From: a virus
Reading direction: 5' to 3' (one strand)
DNA: 64,000 nt
IMG/VR virus record: IMGVR_UViG_3300019776_000213
Location: 15,767 to 79,766 of that record
Below, piece by piece: positions 10,264-20,004 of this stretch (its first letter is position 1; the number at the start of each line of letters is the position of its first letter). Under the pieces are notes generated by a model. That model searched no databases and was not told the origin of the DNA. It saw nothing but the letters and a program-made list of their open reading frames with translations. The position numbers were made by a program, and so were the translations under genes.

Positions 10264-12035
10264 GTAAAAAGAAAGAATTAGATTACGAAGACTATTCAGA
10301 ACTACGGAAGCAAGGTCATAAAGATGGAACAATCCCTGAATGGATGCAAAGTGCTGGAGTCCAAATGTTTATGAAGAAGTATTTGTATCAAGCTGGCACT
10401 CCTAAAGAGCAGTTTGAGCGTATTGCTAAAACATTGTCTAGTTATGCCCCTATCATGGCAAGTCCTAGTGATACAGTATGGTTAATGAAAGATAAACAAA
10501 GTTTTAAAGATTATTGGTACAGTAAATTCTTTGATGTATTGTGGAAAGGATATTTAGCTTGCTCTACACCATTACTTGCCAATACTGGAACAGATCGTGG
10601 ATTGCCTGTGTCATGCTCAGGCGGTATTCCTGTAGAAGACAGTGTGTTGGGATTTAGTAAGGCAGCGAAAGAAGTAGCAATGCTTACTAAACACGGATTT
10701 GGCTGTGCTGTTGATCTAAGTAACATTCGTCCTCGTGGAAGTGAATTTAAAGGTGGTGGTAAGGCTGGAGGTGTTCTTCCTGTTGCTGAGTGGATGGATT
10801 TTGTAACTACTAATGTTTCTCAGGGCGCAGCGCGCAGAGGCGCAGTAGCGGTGTATTTGGACATACATCATAAAGATTTCTACGAACTAGCCGAGTATTT
10901 ACAACATAACCCAGACAAGCTTAATGTTGGATGGAAGGTAAATGCAAAGTTCATTGAGAAGTTAGAAGCTGGTAACAAGGAAGCTAATAAACGGTTTGCT
11001 AAAGCCTTATATGTAAAATCTGTCACAGGTAAAGGTTATTTCAGCTTTACAGATAAAGCAGAGAAACTTAAACCTGAAGCATACGTAAAAAATAATTTAT
11101 CAGTGTCTGCTCCTCAGCTCTGCAATGAGGTTTTCCTACATTCAGATAAAGACCATACTTACACTTGCGTATTAGCTTGGATGAATTTGAGCAAGTACAA
11201 TGAATGGAAAGATACTGATGCTGTGTTTGTTGCAACAGTGTTATTAGATTGTGTTGTATCTTATTTCTTAGATCAAGCCAAGAATATTGAAGGGCTTGAA
11301 AAAGCTGTTAGAATGACTGAAAAAGGTCGTGCTATTGGCTTAGGTGCTGGAGGATTACACACTCTCTTTCAACAAGAAGGATTAGCGTTTGAGTCTCCTG
11401 AAGCTTACCTGTTGAATAAATATATTTTCGAGAAGATTGATAAAGAGTCTTTAGAAGCGTCTAAAGCATTAGCCGAAGTAGAAGGTGAACCAGAATGGTG
11501 TAAAGGTCTTGGTATTCGATTTACTCACCGTATGGCAATAGCACCAACAAAGAGTACAGCACTTATTTATGGAGGTATTTCTGAAGGTATCAATCCTGAT
11601 GTTGCTTATAGCTTCACACAAAGTACAGCAGCAGGAGAAGTAGCTCGTGTTATGCCAACATTACTAAGTTTAATTAAGAGTAAAGGTTTGAATGTTGAAG
11701 CTTGCATTGCTGATGTTGAGAAAGCTAAAGGGTCAGTTCAAGGAGTTTCTTGGTTGACTTCTGAAGAAAAGGTTGTATTTAAAACTGGCTTTGAAATTCC
11801 TCAAGAGGCTATTCTTCGTTTAGCAGGTAGCCGTCAGCGTTATATTGACCAAGGACAATCACTTAACTTGTTTATTGACAAGCGACATAATGAAGAGTAT
11901 ATTTCATATATTCATCAGATTGCTTTCAGAGACCCATATATCAAAGGATTGTACTATATGATTGGTAAGCGTGAAGGTGATGCAGAGGAATCCTCAGTAG
12001 TTGATGAACCAGTACAGTGCGACTCATGCCAGTAA
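10260..12035 (+). CDS. nrdA: ribonucleotide reductase class I alpha subunit
   Basis: STP, PVSC, SQGAARRG, QLCNE, IAPTKST, DQGQSLNL, LYY, C-terminal CxxC. Confidence 0.92.
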   Translation: MSKKKELDYEDYSELRKQGHKDGTIPEWMQSAGVQMFMKKYLYQAGTPKEQFERIAKTLSSYAPIMASPSDTVWLMKDKQSFKDYWYSKFFDVLWKGYLACSTPLLANTGTDRGLPVSCSGGIPVEDSVLGFSKAAKEVAMLTKHGFGCAVDLSNIRPRGSEFKGGGKAGGVLPVAEWMDFVTTNVSQGAARRGAVAVYLDIHHKDFYELAEYLQHNPDKLNVGWKVNAKFIEKLEAGNKEANKRFAKALYVKSVTGKGYFSFTDKAEKLKPEAYVKNNLSVSAPQLCNEVFLHSDKDHTYTCVLAWMNLSKYNEWKDTDAVFVATVLLDCVVSYFLDQAKNIEGLEKAVRMTEKGRAIGLGAGGLHTLFQQEGLAFESPEAYLLNKYIFEKIDKESLEASKALAEVEGEPEWCKGLGIRFTHRMAIAPTKSTALIYGGISEGINPDVAYSFTQSTAAGEVARVMPTLLSLIKSKGLNVEACIADVEKAKGSVQGVSWLTSEEKVVFKTGFEIPQEAILRLAGSRQRYIDQGQSLNLFIDKRHNEEYISYIHQIAFRDPYIKGLYYMIGKREGDAEESSVVDEPVQCDSCQ

Positions 12036-12049
12036 CTTAAAGGAGAATT

Positions 12050-12277
12050 ATGTTAACAGTATTCAGTAAGAACAATTGTAGTGCTTGTGAATCTGCAAAA
12101 GCTTTGTTAAAATCTAGAGGTATTGAGTTTGAAGTTCGTAATGTTGATGAAGACTTTGATGCTTTTGACTTCATTGTTGAACAAGGTCTAAGGTCATTTC
12201 CACAGATATTTGAAGGTAACAAACTGTATGTAATGGGTGGTTTTAAAGGACTACAAGAAAAGCTTAGTAATAATTAA
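12050..12277 (+). CDS. glutaredoxin / NrdH-like redoxin
   Basis: CSAC, RSFPQI, GG motifs; directly after nrdA. Confidence 0.88.
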   Translation: MLTVFSKNNCSACESAKALLKSRGIEFEVRNVDEDFDAFDFIVEQGLRSFPQIFEGNKLYVMGGFKGLQEKLSNN

Positions 12278-12280
12278 AGC

Positions 12281-12309
12281 TTGACAAACAAAGTGTAGAG
12301 GTCTAATAT
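12281..12309 (+). promoter_or_regulatory. sigma70-type promoter overlapped by an inverted repeat
   Basis: TTGACA-17-TAATAT; AGTGTAGAGG...CTTCTACACT spans the -10 box. Confidence 0.6.
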
Positions 12310-12340
12310 AGAGGCTTCTACACTATTTAAGGAGAGAACC

Positions 12341-12520
12341 ATGTGGACATTGGTATTTGTATTTGCTAATTCTGTGTCTAATGTAGCAGCACCTTCAACA
12401 ATCATTATTCCAGCTTTCAAGAGTAAAGAAGCTTGTATGTCAGCACAACAATCATTGATAGATCAAGCTAAGGTTCGACAGCATGTTATAAGAATGAACC
12501 TATGTGTAAAAGGCGACTAA
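12341..12520 (+). CDS. small exported protein (not in ORF track)
   Basis: AAGGAG RBS; MWTLVFVF...FKSKEACMSA...LC; same motif as 63232..63447. Confidence 0.7.
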   Translation: MWTLVFVFANSVSNVAAPSTIIIPAFKSKEACMSAQQSLIDQAKVRQHVIRMNLCVKGD

Positions 12521-13292
12521 CATGAAATGGCATGGACGCTTCATAAACACTAAAGAATACCGTAAAAGTAAGCATTCAAAGCGAACTATTTACAGGTGGG
12601 AATTGTCAGAGTGTGGACAATGGGTTATTATCTCTACAAATGATATTGACTCAGCTAAAGTAGTAATGCATCAAAGTGAGTTTGCAAGAAATGTAAACTT
12701 GAAGTTATTTAGGTACACTGATAAAGATATGCCTAGATATGTTTTTAAATAACAAGGAGAGAATTATGAAAACTTTACGAGAATTGTTAATTGAGTATAA
12801 CCAAGCTGAAGATTATGATATTGACGATGGTAGCCTAGAAGAAACACTGCGAGAGTGTTTTGATGTTGCATGGGAAGGAAGTGATAGAGAACATCGCTGG
12901 CGTATTGATTACGATGTTGTAGTGAAAATTCCAGACGGATGTTTATCACGCTTCTTTAAATTTACATCTTGTAAAGGTACTAATGATAATAGTTGGGAAG
13001 ATGCTGGGTATGTTTTTGAAGGAATTGATAATGTTGTAGAAGTTTACCCTAAGGCCGTAACAAAGATTATCTATACAACAGAGGAGGAATAGACATGAAA
13101 TACTATAAAATCAGTGAAGATGAATTGTTGAGTTTGCTTAAAGAATCTCGACAGTTGTACTCATTAGAGCGTGCTGGAGTAGATAATTGGGAAGGGTACG
13201 ATGAGAGATGGGAGTATCTTGAAGATTACGAAGAACCAAGTCTTGAAAGCATTGCAGAAGAATATGAAGAAATTAATCAATAAGGAGAAAGC

Positions 13293-13670
13293 ATGACAAC
13301 AAACATTAAATCAGCAGCAAATGAAATTGAATCTAAAGTACGAGTAATTAATCAGAAGCAAGAACTCTTGAAAGATTATATTGAGCAACTAGAAGCTGTG
13401 CAATCTATTGATGAACAAATTAAAGAGCTTCAAGAGAAACGTAAGGCAGTAGTAGCTGCTGATGTAGAATGTGCAGCTTTAGCAGAGGAGATTAAAGCTC
13501 TTGGTAAGGAGCTTACTCAAGCTGCTAAGTTTGCTGCTAAGAACACATCATTCAAACCTGCTGTAGTGAAGGCTTTCTTTAAAGCTAAAGTGGAGAGTGA
13601 TGATAAGGTGGAAGCTGTGAAGAAAAAAGGTGCAGATTTTGCATTCTTAGAATCAGAAGTACAATCTTAA
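13293..13670 (+). CDS. coiled-coil protein, possibly GapR/T4 DsbA-like DNA-binding
   Basis: long coiled coil then FKPAVVKAFFKAK. Confidence 0.45.
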   Translation: MTTNIKSAANEIESKVRVINQKQELLKDYIEQLEAVQSIDEQIKELQEKRKAVVAADVECAALAEEIKALGKELTQAAKFAAKNTSFKPAVVKAFFKAKVESDDKVEAVKKKGADFAFLESEVQS

Positions 13671-13694
13671 TTAACAACCCTGAAAGGAAACAAC

Positions 13695-13949
13695 ATGAAC
13701 TATCTTACAATTTTGAAACTTATCATTCAACTTCTCCCACTTGTATTAGATACCGTGAAAGCAGCAGAAGCTGCAATCCCCCAATCTGGTGCAGGAGCTG
13801 CTAAACTCTTGTTTGTTAAAGAGCTGTTGACAAGCACTGTAGAGATTAGCACAGACATTGACAAAGCAGCATATTCTTCAGCCATTGAGAAAGTTATCAG
13901 CCTTGCTGTAGCTTTGTTTAATAAGACTGGTGTGTTTGCCAAAGCATAG
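13695..13949 (+). CDS. small amphipathic membrane-associated protein
   Basis: hydrophobic N-terminus, VKAAEA..GxGxxK motif reminiscent of LL-H-type holin tails. Confidence 0.55.
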   Translation: MNYLTILKLIIQLLPLVLDTVKAAEAAIPQSGAGAAKLLFVKELLTSTVEISTDIDKAAYSSAIEKVISLAVALFNKTGVFAKA

Positions 13950-13970
13950 CATTCTATAAAGCATAATAAC

Positions 13971-14005
13971 AAAAAGAGGGAGACTACCATTAAAGTAGCT
14001 CCCTC
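13971..14005. terminator. terminator between convergent early and late units
   Basis: GAGGGAGACTAC...GTAGCTCCCTC hairpin with a T-tract on the minus strand. Confidence 0.7.
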
Positions 14006-14098
14006 ATAAAAGCGGATTATTCCGCTGCATGTCAGCTCTCTCAGAGCTAATTGATACAAGTGTATTGGTATTGTAATATCACTCGTGTTCTTAAATAC

Positions 14099-14524
14099 TC
14101 AATGGTCTGTAAATAGCTTACGTCTTGATTCCATGTCTGCCAAAGCTGATTCCAACTGTTCTTTTGTGTAGGCTGGAGCGTTAGGGTCTGTTTGCAAGCT
14201 TCCTTTTGCAGACTCATTGAGTAGTGTAGGTTGTATTGCTGGCAAAGCTTCTGATACGTCTGATTTTGCTGGCAATCCCACTTTCTTGCTTGTGGTGATA
14301 GTGAGGATGACATTGACAATGGTGATAAAACCACCGCCAATAGAAATAGCCATATCTTGATCAATTGGAAGGTCATAACCAAAAGCCTTTGCAAGAGCTA
14401 CAATGGAAAGGATAATACCTGCTAAGATGTTAGCTGTAATCTGCTTATTCTTCCAGCTATCAGGGTTAGCTACTTCTTGTCCTTTGCGGAATAAATCATA
14501 AAATAGTTTTAGTTTCTCAAACAT
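14099..14524 (-). CDS. holin-like protein (2 TM)
   Basis: two TM helices; directly downstream of the endolysin. Confidence 0.6.
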   Translation of the reverse strand: MFEKLKLFYDLFRKGQEVANPDSWKNKQITANILAGIILSIVALAKAFGYDLPIDQDMAISIGGGFITIVNVILTITTSKKVGLPAKSDVSEALPAIQPTLLNESAKGSLQTDPNAPAYTKEQLESALADMESRRKLFTDH

Positions 14525-14533
14525 AATAGTTCC

Positions 14534-14977
14534 TTATTTTAATCCTTTAGAGTATGAAGCAACTCCGTTAGTGAATGTTGCTGTCAATACTTCCCTTCTT
14601 TGAGGCTTATCTGTACACAAGCCTAAGTGAATCCAATTTCCTTCGTAGATTATTTGGTGGAATTGAATATCACTCTCCACAATAGCTTTTACAATATCTT
14701 TTAACTGTAACGATGGTATTGTAAAGTCTGCTGCCAATCCAAGCTTATGAGCGCTGTTTTCAGCCCCTCCAACAGCTTTATTCAACATAGGACATCTATA
14801 CCCACTAGAGATTACCAAAGGCTTGTTAAACAGCTTTCTGACGGCTTCTAGGGTATTTGCAAGAACATATAGATTACCAAGAACACTCGGACTTGGTGTG
14901 TTGTCAATGTTGTGACGTGTTGCATACTGAGATGCTGTAAGTTCTTCAAGTGTAAAGTGTTCTGATAATTTAGTCAT
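14534..14977 (-). CDS. endolysin, peptidase M15 family
   Basis: SSGYRC..LNKAVGG..SAH..GLAAD..WIH zinc motifs. Confidence 0.9.
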   Translation of the reverse strand: MTKLSEHFTLEELTASQYATRHNIDNTPSPSVLGNLYVLANTLEAVRKLFNKPLVISSGYRCPMLNKAVGGAENSAHKLGLAADFTIPSLQLKDIVKAIVESDIQFHQIIYEGNWIHLGLCTDKPQRREVLTATFTNGVASYSKGLK

Positions 14978-15321
14978 TTCTTTATATTCTCCAACATCTT
15001 AATAATGATAGTCATCTGCTGAGTAACATTCTGCTCAAGCTTCTCCATCTTGTCACTAAGACGCTTTTCCATTGTTTCTAATTCGTGTTGATGGCGAGCT
15101 TCTATCTTAGATACTAACTTCTCATTATCTGCTCGGAGATATGTGAGTTCGTTGCTCCAGCGTTGCTCAGTTTCTTTCACACGCTCCGTATCAGCTTTAA
15201 GCTTGATAGCGTCTGATTGAGCCTTGCTCTCTTCACGTAATAATTTCCACACTACTCCTAACAGCGAACCTAGTAGTCCTAAGAAGCCTGTTAGTAGCCA
15301 CATCCAAACTTCTGTAGGCAT
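14974..15321 (-). CDS. holin/antiholin-like protein (1 TM plus coiled coil)
   Basis: N-terminal TM after an AAGGAAAG RBS; adjacent to the endolysin. Confidence 0.55.
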   Translation of the reverse strand: MPTEVWMWLLTGFLGLLGSLLGVVWKLLREESKAQSDAIKLKADTERVKETEQRWSNELTYLRADNEKLVSKIEARHQHELETMEKRLSDKMEKLEQNVTQQMTIIIKMLENIKK

Positions 15322-15695
15322 AACTTTACTTTCCTTTTTAAATAGTTTATAATTATTGGTGATACGAGAACAAAGCAAATGATCTGCATGTATTCTAAAT
15401 ACTGTGCTACAATGTAATAGGAGTCAAATCTTGGATGTATTATATTTATTATGTGGCTTATTCCAAGCATAGATGTTATACATAATAATGGAATGCTGAC
15501 GATGCTAGTCTGGTATGCGCAAATTATAACCATTGTCAGTTCAGAAGATATGCAGACAAAATTCCATAAGTAATAATTAGTTATGTAGTCAGTGGGCAGA
15601 TACCGTGTTAATGCTATTAAGAGTGCTAACATTATTGTAACAGAATCTGCCCTATTTAGATACAATGCAGCTAGAAGGATAGCTGCATAAATCAT
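15291..15695 (-). CDS. multi-pass membrane protein in the lysis operon
   Basis: about four hydrophobic helices. Confidence 0.7.
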   Translation of the reverse strand: MIYAAILLAALYLNRADSVTIMLALLIALTRYLPTDYITNYYLWNFVCISSELTMVIICAYQTSIVSIPLLCITSMLGISHIINIIHPRFDSYYIVAQYLEYMQIICFVLVSPIIINYLKRKVKLCLQKFGCGY

Positions 15696-15696
15696 A

Positions 15697-16392
15697 TTAG
15701 TTAGCTACTGGAGTTGGCGGAGGCGATTTTCCTCCTCCTGTTTGTGGCGGAGTTGGGTTTGTGATCGGATCACCTTCCGGAGCAGACATATTAAGTTTCA
15801 GCATAATTTGATTTTCCTTCTCTATATAATCACTCTCTGAAAGAGTGTGGTTGACATCTTCGATATTAAAGATGTTTGATTTCCTGATGTTATCAACAGC
15901 AGGTAAAATTTGTAAATTAAACTCGTTGTGAAGTCCACAAACTAAGTCATTAGTAATAGGCACAATATGATCTACGTGATAAGAAACACCAAGCCAAGCT
16001 TCAAACCTTTTAGCTTTACCATATACGGAATTAATATGCTCTTGATTAGCCCAACAAACCGAAGCATTTCTTTTAAGTGCTTTTCTTCTGGCATGAGCAG
16101 CATTGCAAACGTGTCTATTCTGTTTCTTGTAAAGACTCTTCTTTAACTTTATAGACTCTTTATTCTTTTCTCGGTACTTCTTAGACCTTATCTTGACATC
16201 AGCTATATTTCTGTAGTATCTTTCTTTATCCTTTTGACGTATTGTTTCTGCATTTTCAGTACGTCTGTCTCGTTCTTTTTGAGCTAAACACTCTTTACAC
16301 TCAGACCGATGTTTTCCAGATTCTTTTCTTATGCGATATTCACTCAGTTCCTTAACCCTGTGACAAATCCTACACTCCTTACAATCCCTCAT
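15697..16392 (-). CDS. HNH homing endonuclease read in frame into a Pro-rich peptide
   Basis: CxxC..CxxC N-terminus, HVDHIVP..VCGLH..NLQIL..N; unrelated C-terminal 35 aa with its own RBS. Confidence 0.8.
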   Translation of the reverse strand: MRDCKECRICHRVKELSEYRIRKESGKHRSECKECLAQKERDRRTENAETIRQKDKERYYRNIADVKIRSKKYREKNKESIKLKKSLYKKQNRHVCNAAHARRKALKRNASVCWANQEHINSVYGKAKRFEAWLGVSYHVDHIVPITNDLVCGLHNEFNLQILPAVDNIRKSNIFNIEDVNHTLSESDYIEKENQIMLKLNMSAPEGDPITNPTPPQTGGGKSPPPTPVAN

Positions 16393-16826
16393 ACTCCACC
16401 ACTACCTTCATGCATAGTAGACAATGTAGCGTGTAAAGTATTAGGAGTAAATCTCCAAGGCTCTTTCATTCCCAAGGATGCTGCCACAGCTTCTGAGCAG
16501 AACCATTTCTTCTTGTTATCACCAATAAACCCAATAACAAAATGAAGATTGCCTTTCAGATCATAACCTTGTCCTTGGTGAGTTGTAAACCATTTTCTAG
16601 CAACTTCTTCATTGACATTTCCAACATCTACAAAATCCCAATTATCACTGGAATATGTGATATTCTTAAATCTTACCCCACCATCAATGAAGCTGGCAGA
16701 AGCTGATATGTTGTCGCTAAAAATAAGTTCACAGTGGGAATATGTACCTCTGTCCCATGCTCTTACAATAACATTGTACAATCCTGAAATACCTGTATGT
16801 GTTCCCTTATAGAAAGCGACAACCAT
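16389..16826 (-). CDS. permuted papain-like (NlpC/P60, YaeF/YiiX-type) amidase
   Basis: YSHCEL...GYD...WFCSE...TP motif order (His before Cys). Confidence 0.75.
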   Translation of the reverse strand: MVVAFYKGTHTGISGLYNVIVRAWDRGTYSHCELIFSDNISASASFIDGGVRFKNITYSSDNWDFVDVGNVNEEVARKWFTTHQGQGYDLKGNLHFVIGFIGDNKKKWFCSEAVAASLGMKEPWRFTPNTLHATLSTMHEGSGGV

Positions 16827-16827
16827 A

Positions 16828-17148
16828 TTAACCTCCGAAATAAAGTTTTCTTAAAGATAAGTTTTCTAGGTTACTAACAGGGCGATAAATAATCGCTTGT
16901 ATGAGTTCTAGAGTAACTAAGTTACAAACTGTTGCAATATAATTCAGAGCTGTTAGCACATCTGGTCTGCGCAGGTCTATCCATTTACGAACAGATACAT
17001 CTAACAATAGTGCCTTTACACCAGCATCTGTTGATGTAATCACTTGCATCTTAGCAGCACCAAATCTATCAAAGAATGCACCAACGTCTATAAGATTAGT
17101 GTATTCTGGTAGGTCTGAATTTACTTCGCATGAGATATATTCTTGCAT
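16828..17148 (-). CDS. tail fibre assembly/chaperone-like protein
   Basis: follows the fibre gene; AFFDRF..IDLRRPD motif. Confidence 0.55.
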   Translation of the reverse strand: MQEYISCEVNSDLPEYTNLIDVGAFFDRFGAAKMQVITSTDAGVKALLLDVSVRKWIDLRRPDVLTALNYIATVCNLVTLELIQAIIYRPVSNLENLSLRKLYFGG

Positions 17149-18422
17149 TATTTCACCCTTACATAGCCGAAGTTAGGTCTTGATGGGACATTGCTTAAAG
17201 CTGCCAATGGTTGTACAAATGGAGCAGAAGACCCCGTGTACTCACTCGAAGTGAACCAGTTGTTTGCATATATCATCCTGTTACCAGCCGTACCAGTACC
17301 ATTCTGAACGAATATCATCCCTGTTCCTGCTGGAATACATGCCAAGCCAACATTAGTATTTGGTATGGTATTAGGGATAATTTGCCGAGTAGTAAACTTT
17401 TGAAAGTCTGTGGTGTATGCGAACTGGAAGGCACTGCCAGTGGTAGCTTGCCCAGTTCCTGTCCCTATAATAAATCTTGTACCGTCAAAATGGATACTAA
17501 CTTCATTCAAGAATGCAAAACTTGCAGTACTTGTACTACTTGAAGCATATAATCCCGAAGGAGTAATATTTGTCCAGCTACCAGTTGCACCCGTAGTAGA
17601 TGTATAAATCTGTGATGTAGTAGTAGCTACAAACATACCAAGACCTACTGAAAAACTTGTACATATTGCTGGCATAGTCACTGATGTCCAAGCTGTACCT
17701 ACTGCATTAGTACTCTGCAAAGCAACTGTAGAGCCTGTGCAAGTTATTAGCCAGCGTGAAGCTCCTAATGATGGTAGGTTAAGAATAATTGGCAAACCTG
17801 TTAAAGTTGTTAAGGGAACTGTTTGGGCTGTTAAAGTAACACCATCGGATGTTGTAGCTATTTGAGTGAAACCAGAATTATATCCTGATACGATAACCGC
17901 AGTAGTGCCATCCCAAGCTATTCTTGCCAAGTTAGCAGTATTCTCTGCCAAAGTTACCGTACCACCAGCAGTAAATGATGTCCCTGTTGTTGAATATGAA
18001 CATCTAATTGTTGTAGACCCTGAACCTGCTGCAAGAATGAATCTGGAACCGTTCCAGATAACAGAATAACCATTTAAGCCAGAAAGATTATGTGCTACGG
18101 TGCTCCAACTTGCACCACTATTTGTTGATACTAACACATTAACAGAATCATTATAACAAAGAACAATAGTACCAGAGCCATTATTAGCACAGCCAGTAAT
18201 CTTAGCAAATGAGACTGGTAACGTCACTGTGCCAGCTCCATGCACCATAATTGTTTCAACCCCCGCTGTCAGTGGGTATGTACTAGTAAGTGCAACTACA
18301 CCACTTCGCAAGAATACACTACCATCTGCACGATTAATTGTCGTACCTGAATCTGGAAAATATGTGGCATCACCTATAAGAAATCCACCACCAGACATAA
18401 ATTGATTAATATTACTCATACT
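17148..18422 (-). CDS. tail fibre / receptor-binding protein with BNR-like beta-propeller repeats
   Basis: SxNxGxxW / SxxGxxF repeats, Ser/Thr/Gly rich; position. Confidence 0.75.
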   Translation of the reverse strand, partial: SMSNINQFMSGGGFLIGDATYFPDSGTTINRADGSVFLRSGVVALTSTYPLTAGVETIMVHGAGTVTLPVSFAKITGCANNGSGTIVLCYNDSVNVLVSTNSGASWSTVAHNLSGLNGYSVIWNGSRFILAAGSGSTTIRCSYSTTGTSFTAGGTVTLAENTANLARIAWDGTTAVIVSGYNSGFTQIATTSDGVTLTAQTVPLTTLTGLPIILNLPSLGASRWLITCTGSTVALQSTNAVGTAWTSVTMPAICTSFSVGLGMFVATTTSQIYTSTTGATGSWTNITPSGLYASSSTSTASFAFLNEVSIHFDGTRFIIGTGTGQATTGSAFQFAYTTDFQKFTTRQIIPNTIPNTNVGLACIPAGTGMIFVQNGTGTAGNRMIYANNWFTSSEYTGSSAPFVQPLAALSNVPSRPNFGYVRVK

Positions 18423-19096
18423 AAAGCCCACCCCCTTGTTCCACCAACATACAACAACTCAAAAGAGATGTTCTTATTTGGCACTAGCATATTTTCTAAA
18501 ACACCTTCGATTGGAATACCACCAGAAACATTTACTGTTAAATTGGCTGCACCGAAGTTCCCATATAAATCTTTGAAAGCAATCTTTGATTGATTCTGTA
18601 CCAAGAATGTACTTGGCAGTGTAATAACTACTGCAACTGAAGTTGTATCAATTAGTAGATTATCACCAGCAACTGCTGTATAATTATTATTCACTACAAA
18701 CCAAGCGGCATTTACTTGCAATAATGTCCAATTTGTAGGATCATTCTTAGGGTCAGTGGTAGATGAGCTTGATGCAGTAGTTTTGCGATAAGTTTGAAAA
18801 TTTATCAAGCTGATTGCATTTGAATATTGAGCATACACTTGCCCACTTACCCAAGGAGCTGCATTGGCTGTAGCTACTACAGTATTCTTAGAGTTTACTG
18901 CATCTGTAGCTGCTGCTTGAGCTATACTAGCATTTGTAGCGGTTGTTGCAGAAGCTGTGTTAATTTCTCCTGCCACTGTATTAATTTGTGTTACCATTGG
19001 TGGAAGAGCTGCTACAAATGTATCAGATGTTGTTACAAATGTAGGAGCATCCATCGTCCTAGCCGGAGCTGGAGGTAGAGCTGTAATTGTTGTCAT
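18416..19096 (-). CDS. tail fibre proximal/adaptor protein
   Basis: ITALPPAPAR N-terminus, Ala-rich linker, WVSG..Y..DPxxDPTNW module, T4-fibre-like C-terminal repeat. Confidence 0.7.
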   Translation of the reverse strand: MTTITALPPAPARTMDAPTFVTTSDTFVAALPPMVTQINTVAGEINTASATTATNASIAQAAATDAVNSKNTVVATANAAPWVSGQVYAQYSNAISLINFQTYRKTTASSSSTTDPKNDPTNWTLLQVNAAWFVVNNNYTAVAGDNLLIDTTSVAVVITLPSTFLVQNQSKIAFKDLYGNFGAANLTVNVSGGIPIEGVLENMLVPNKNISFELLYVGGTRGWALV

Positions 19097-19989
19097 GTAA
19101 GTCCTTCAACGTAGAGAGAGCACATAGAATATGTTGGGTATGGTATTGTTATTGAGAAATCTCTGTAGAACCCATAAATCTTTGTTGCTTCGATGTTATC
19201 ATCACCGATGTAGTAAATAGGTGTATCCCTGTACCCTGTTAATACTCCATGCAATTCATCAATGTAACTATTTGGTAACAAGAAAGTAAATTCACCTTTC
19301 TTGCGAAACGTTCTTGGAACAATAGACACATTACCAAAAGCATCAACAGTTTTAGTGGAAAAAGAATCTATACCTACTTTTGCTCCAACTTCTGTACTAC
19401 CCAAATCTTTAAAGTTGCCTAGTAACAATCCACCAATCTTGGCTGTTCCAGAAGGTGCAGCTACTGTTATAGTGATAGTAGCGTTATTGGTAATTGGTAA
19501 ATCTGTAAAGCTATCACCAGTATCTCGCTTAATTGGTTCAAAGAAGTAGCTATACCAATCTGTAATACCAGAATAAGATGTCAAACTTTGAGTTTTATTG
19601 TAAACAGTCCCATCCAAGGGGTCGTTCACAAGTATAGATATTGAGTTAGCATCAACATTCAAGAATGCAACTGAATTGCACCTTCCTGACATCTGGTATA
19701 CGTTAACAATTGAAGCTGCATTAGTAGTTTGAGACTGGACATATTGATCATGCAACTTCCAACGATTAGTAGCACTTACAAATAACCAATTAACAGTATC
19801 TGTAACAGGGTTGTGACCAACATTAGAAGCTGTTAAGCTTTTGTATATCTTATGTACCCCTGTTGTTACTATTACTTGGTCATTCAGGTTGTAAGTTGTA
19901 CCAGAGTTGTAGACTGGAAAATCATTCTCTGGTACATTTGACGATATTAACGTAGAGTCAGTAATTGTGTACGGTTGTATAAGCTTCAT
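19093..19989 (-). CDS. tail tip / distal tail protein with carbohydrate-binding-like insert
   Basis: directly after the tape measure; SSNVPE..YNSGTTY..TNRWK motif. Confidence 0.65.
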   Translation of the reverse strand: MKLIQPYTITDSTLISSNVPENDFPVYNSGTTYNLNDQVIVTTGVHKIYKSLTASNVGHNPVTDTVNWLFVSATNRWKLHDQYVQSQTTNAASIVNVYQMSGRCNSVAFLNVDANSISILVNDPLDGTVYNKTQSLTSYSGITDWYSYFFEPIKRDTGDSFTDLPITNNATITITVAAPSGTAKIGGLLLGNFKDLGSTEVGAKVGIDSFSTKTVDAFGNVSIVPRTFRKKGEFTFLLPNSYIDELHGVLTGYRDTPIYYIGDDNIEATKIYGFYRDFSITIPYPTYSMCSLYVEGLT

Positions 19990-20004
19990 AGTTTCCTTTC
20001 ACAA

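Noticed and set aside
14047-14394. Embedded o-spanin in the holin-like gene
   Set aside because: No lipobox cysteine after the hydrophobic stretch and no clear RBS.
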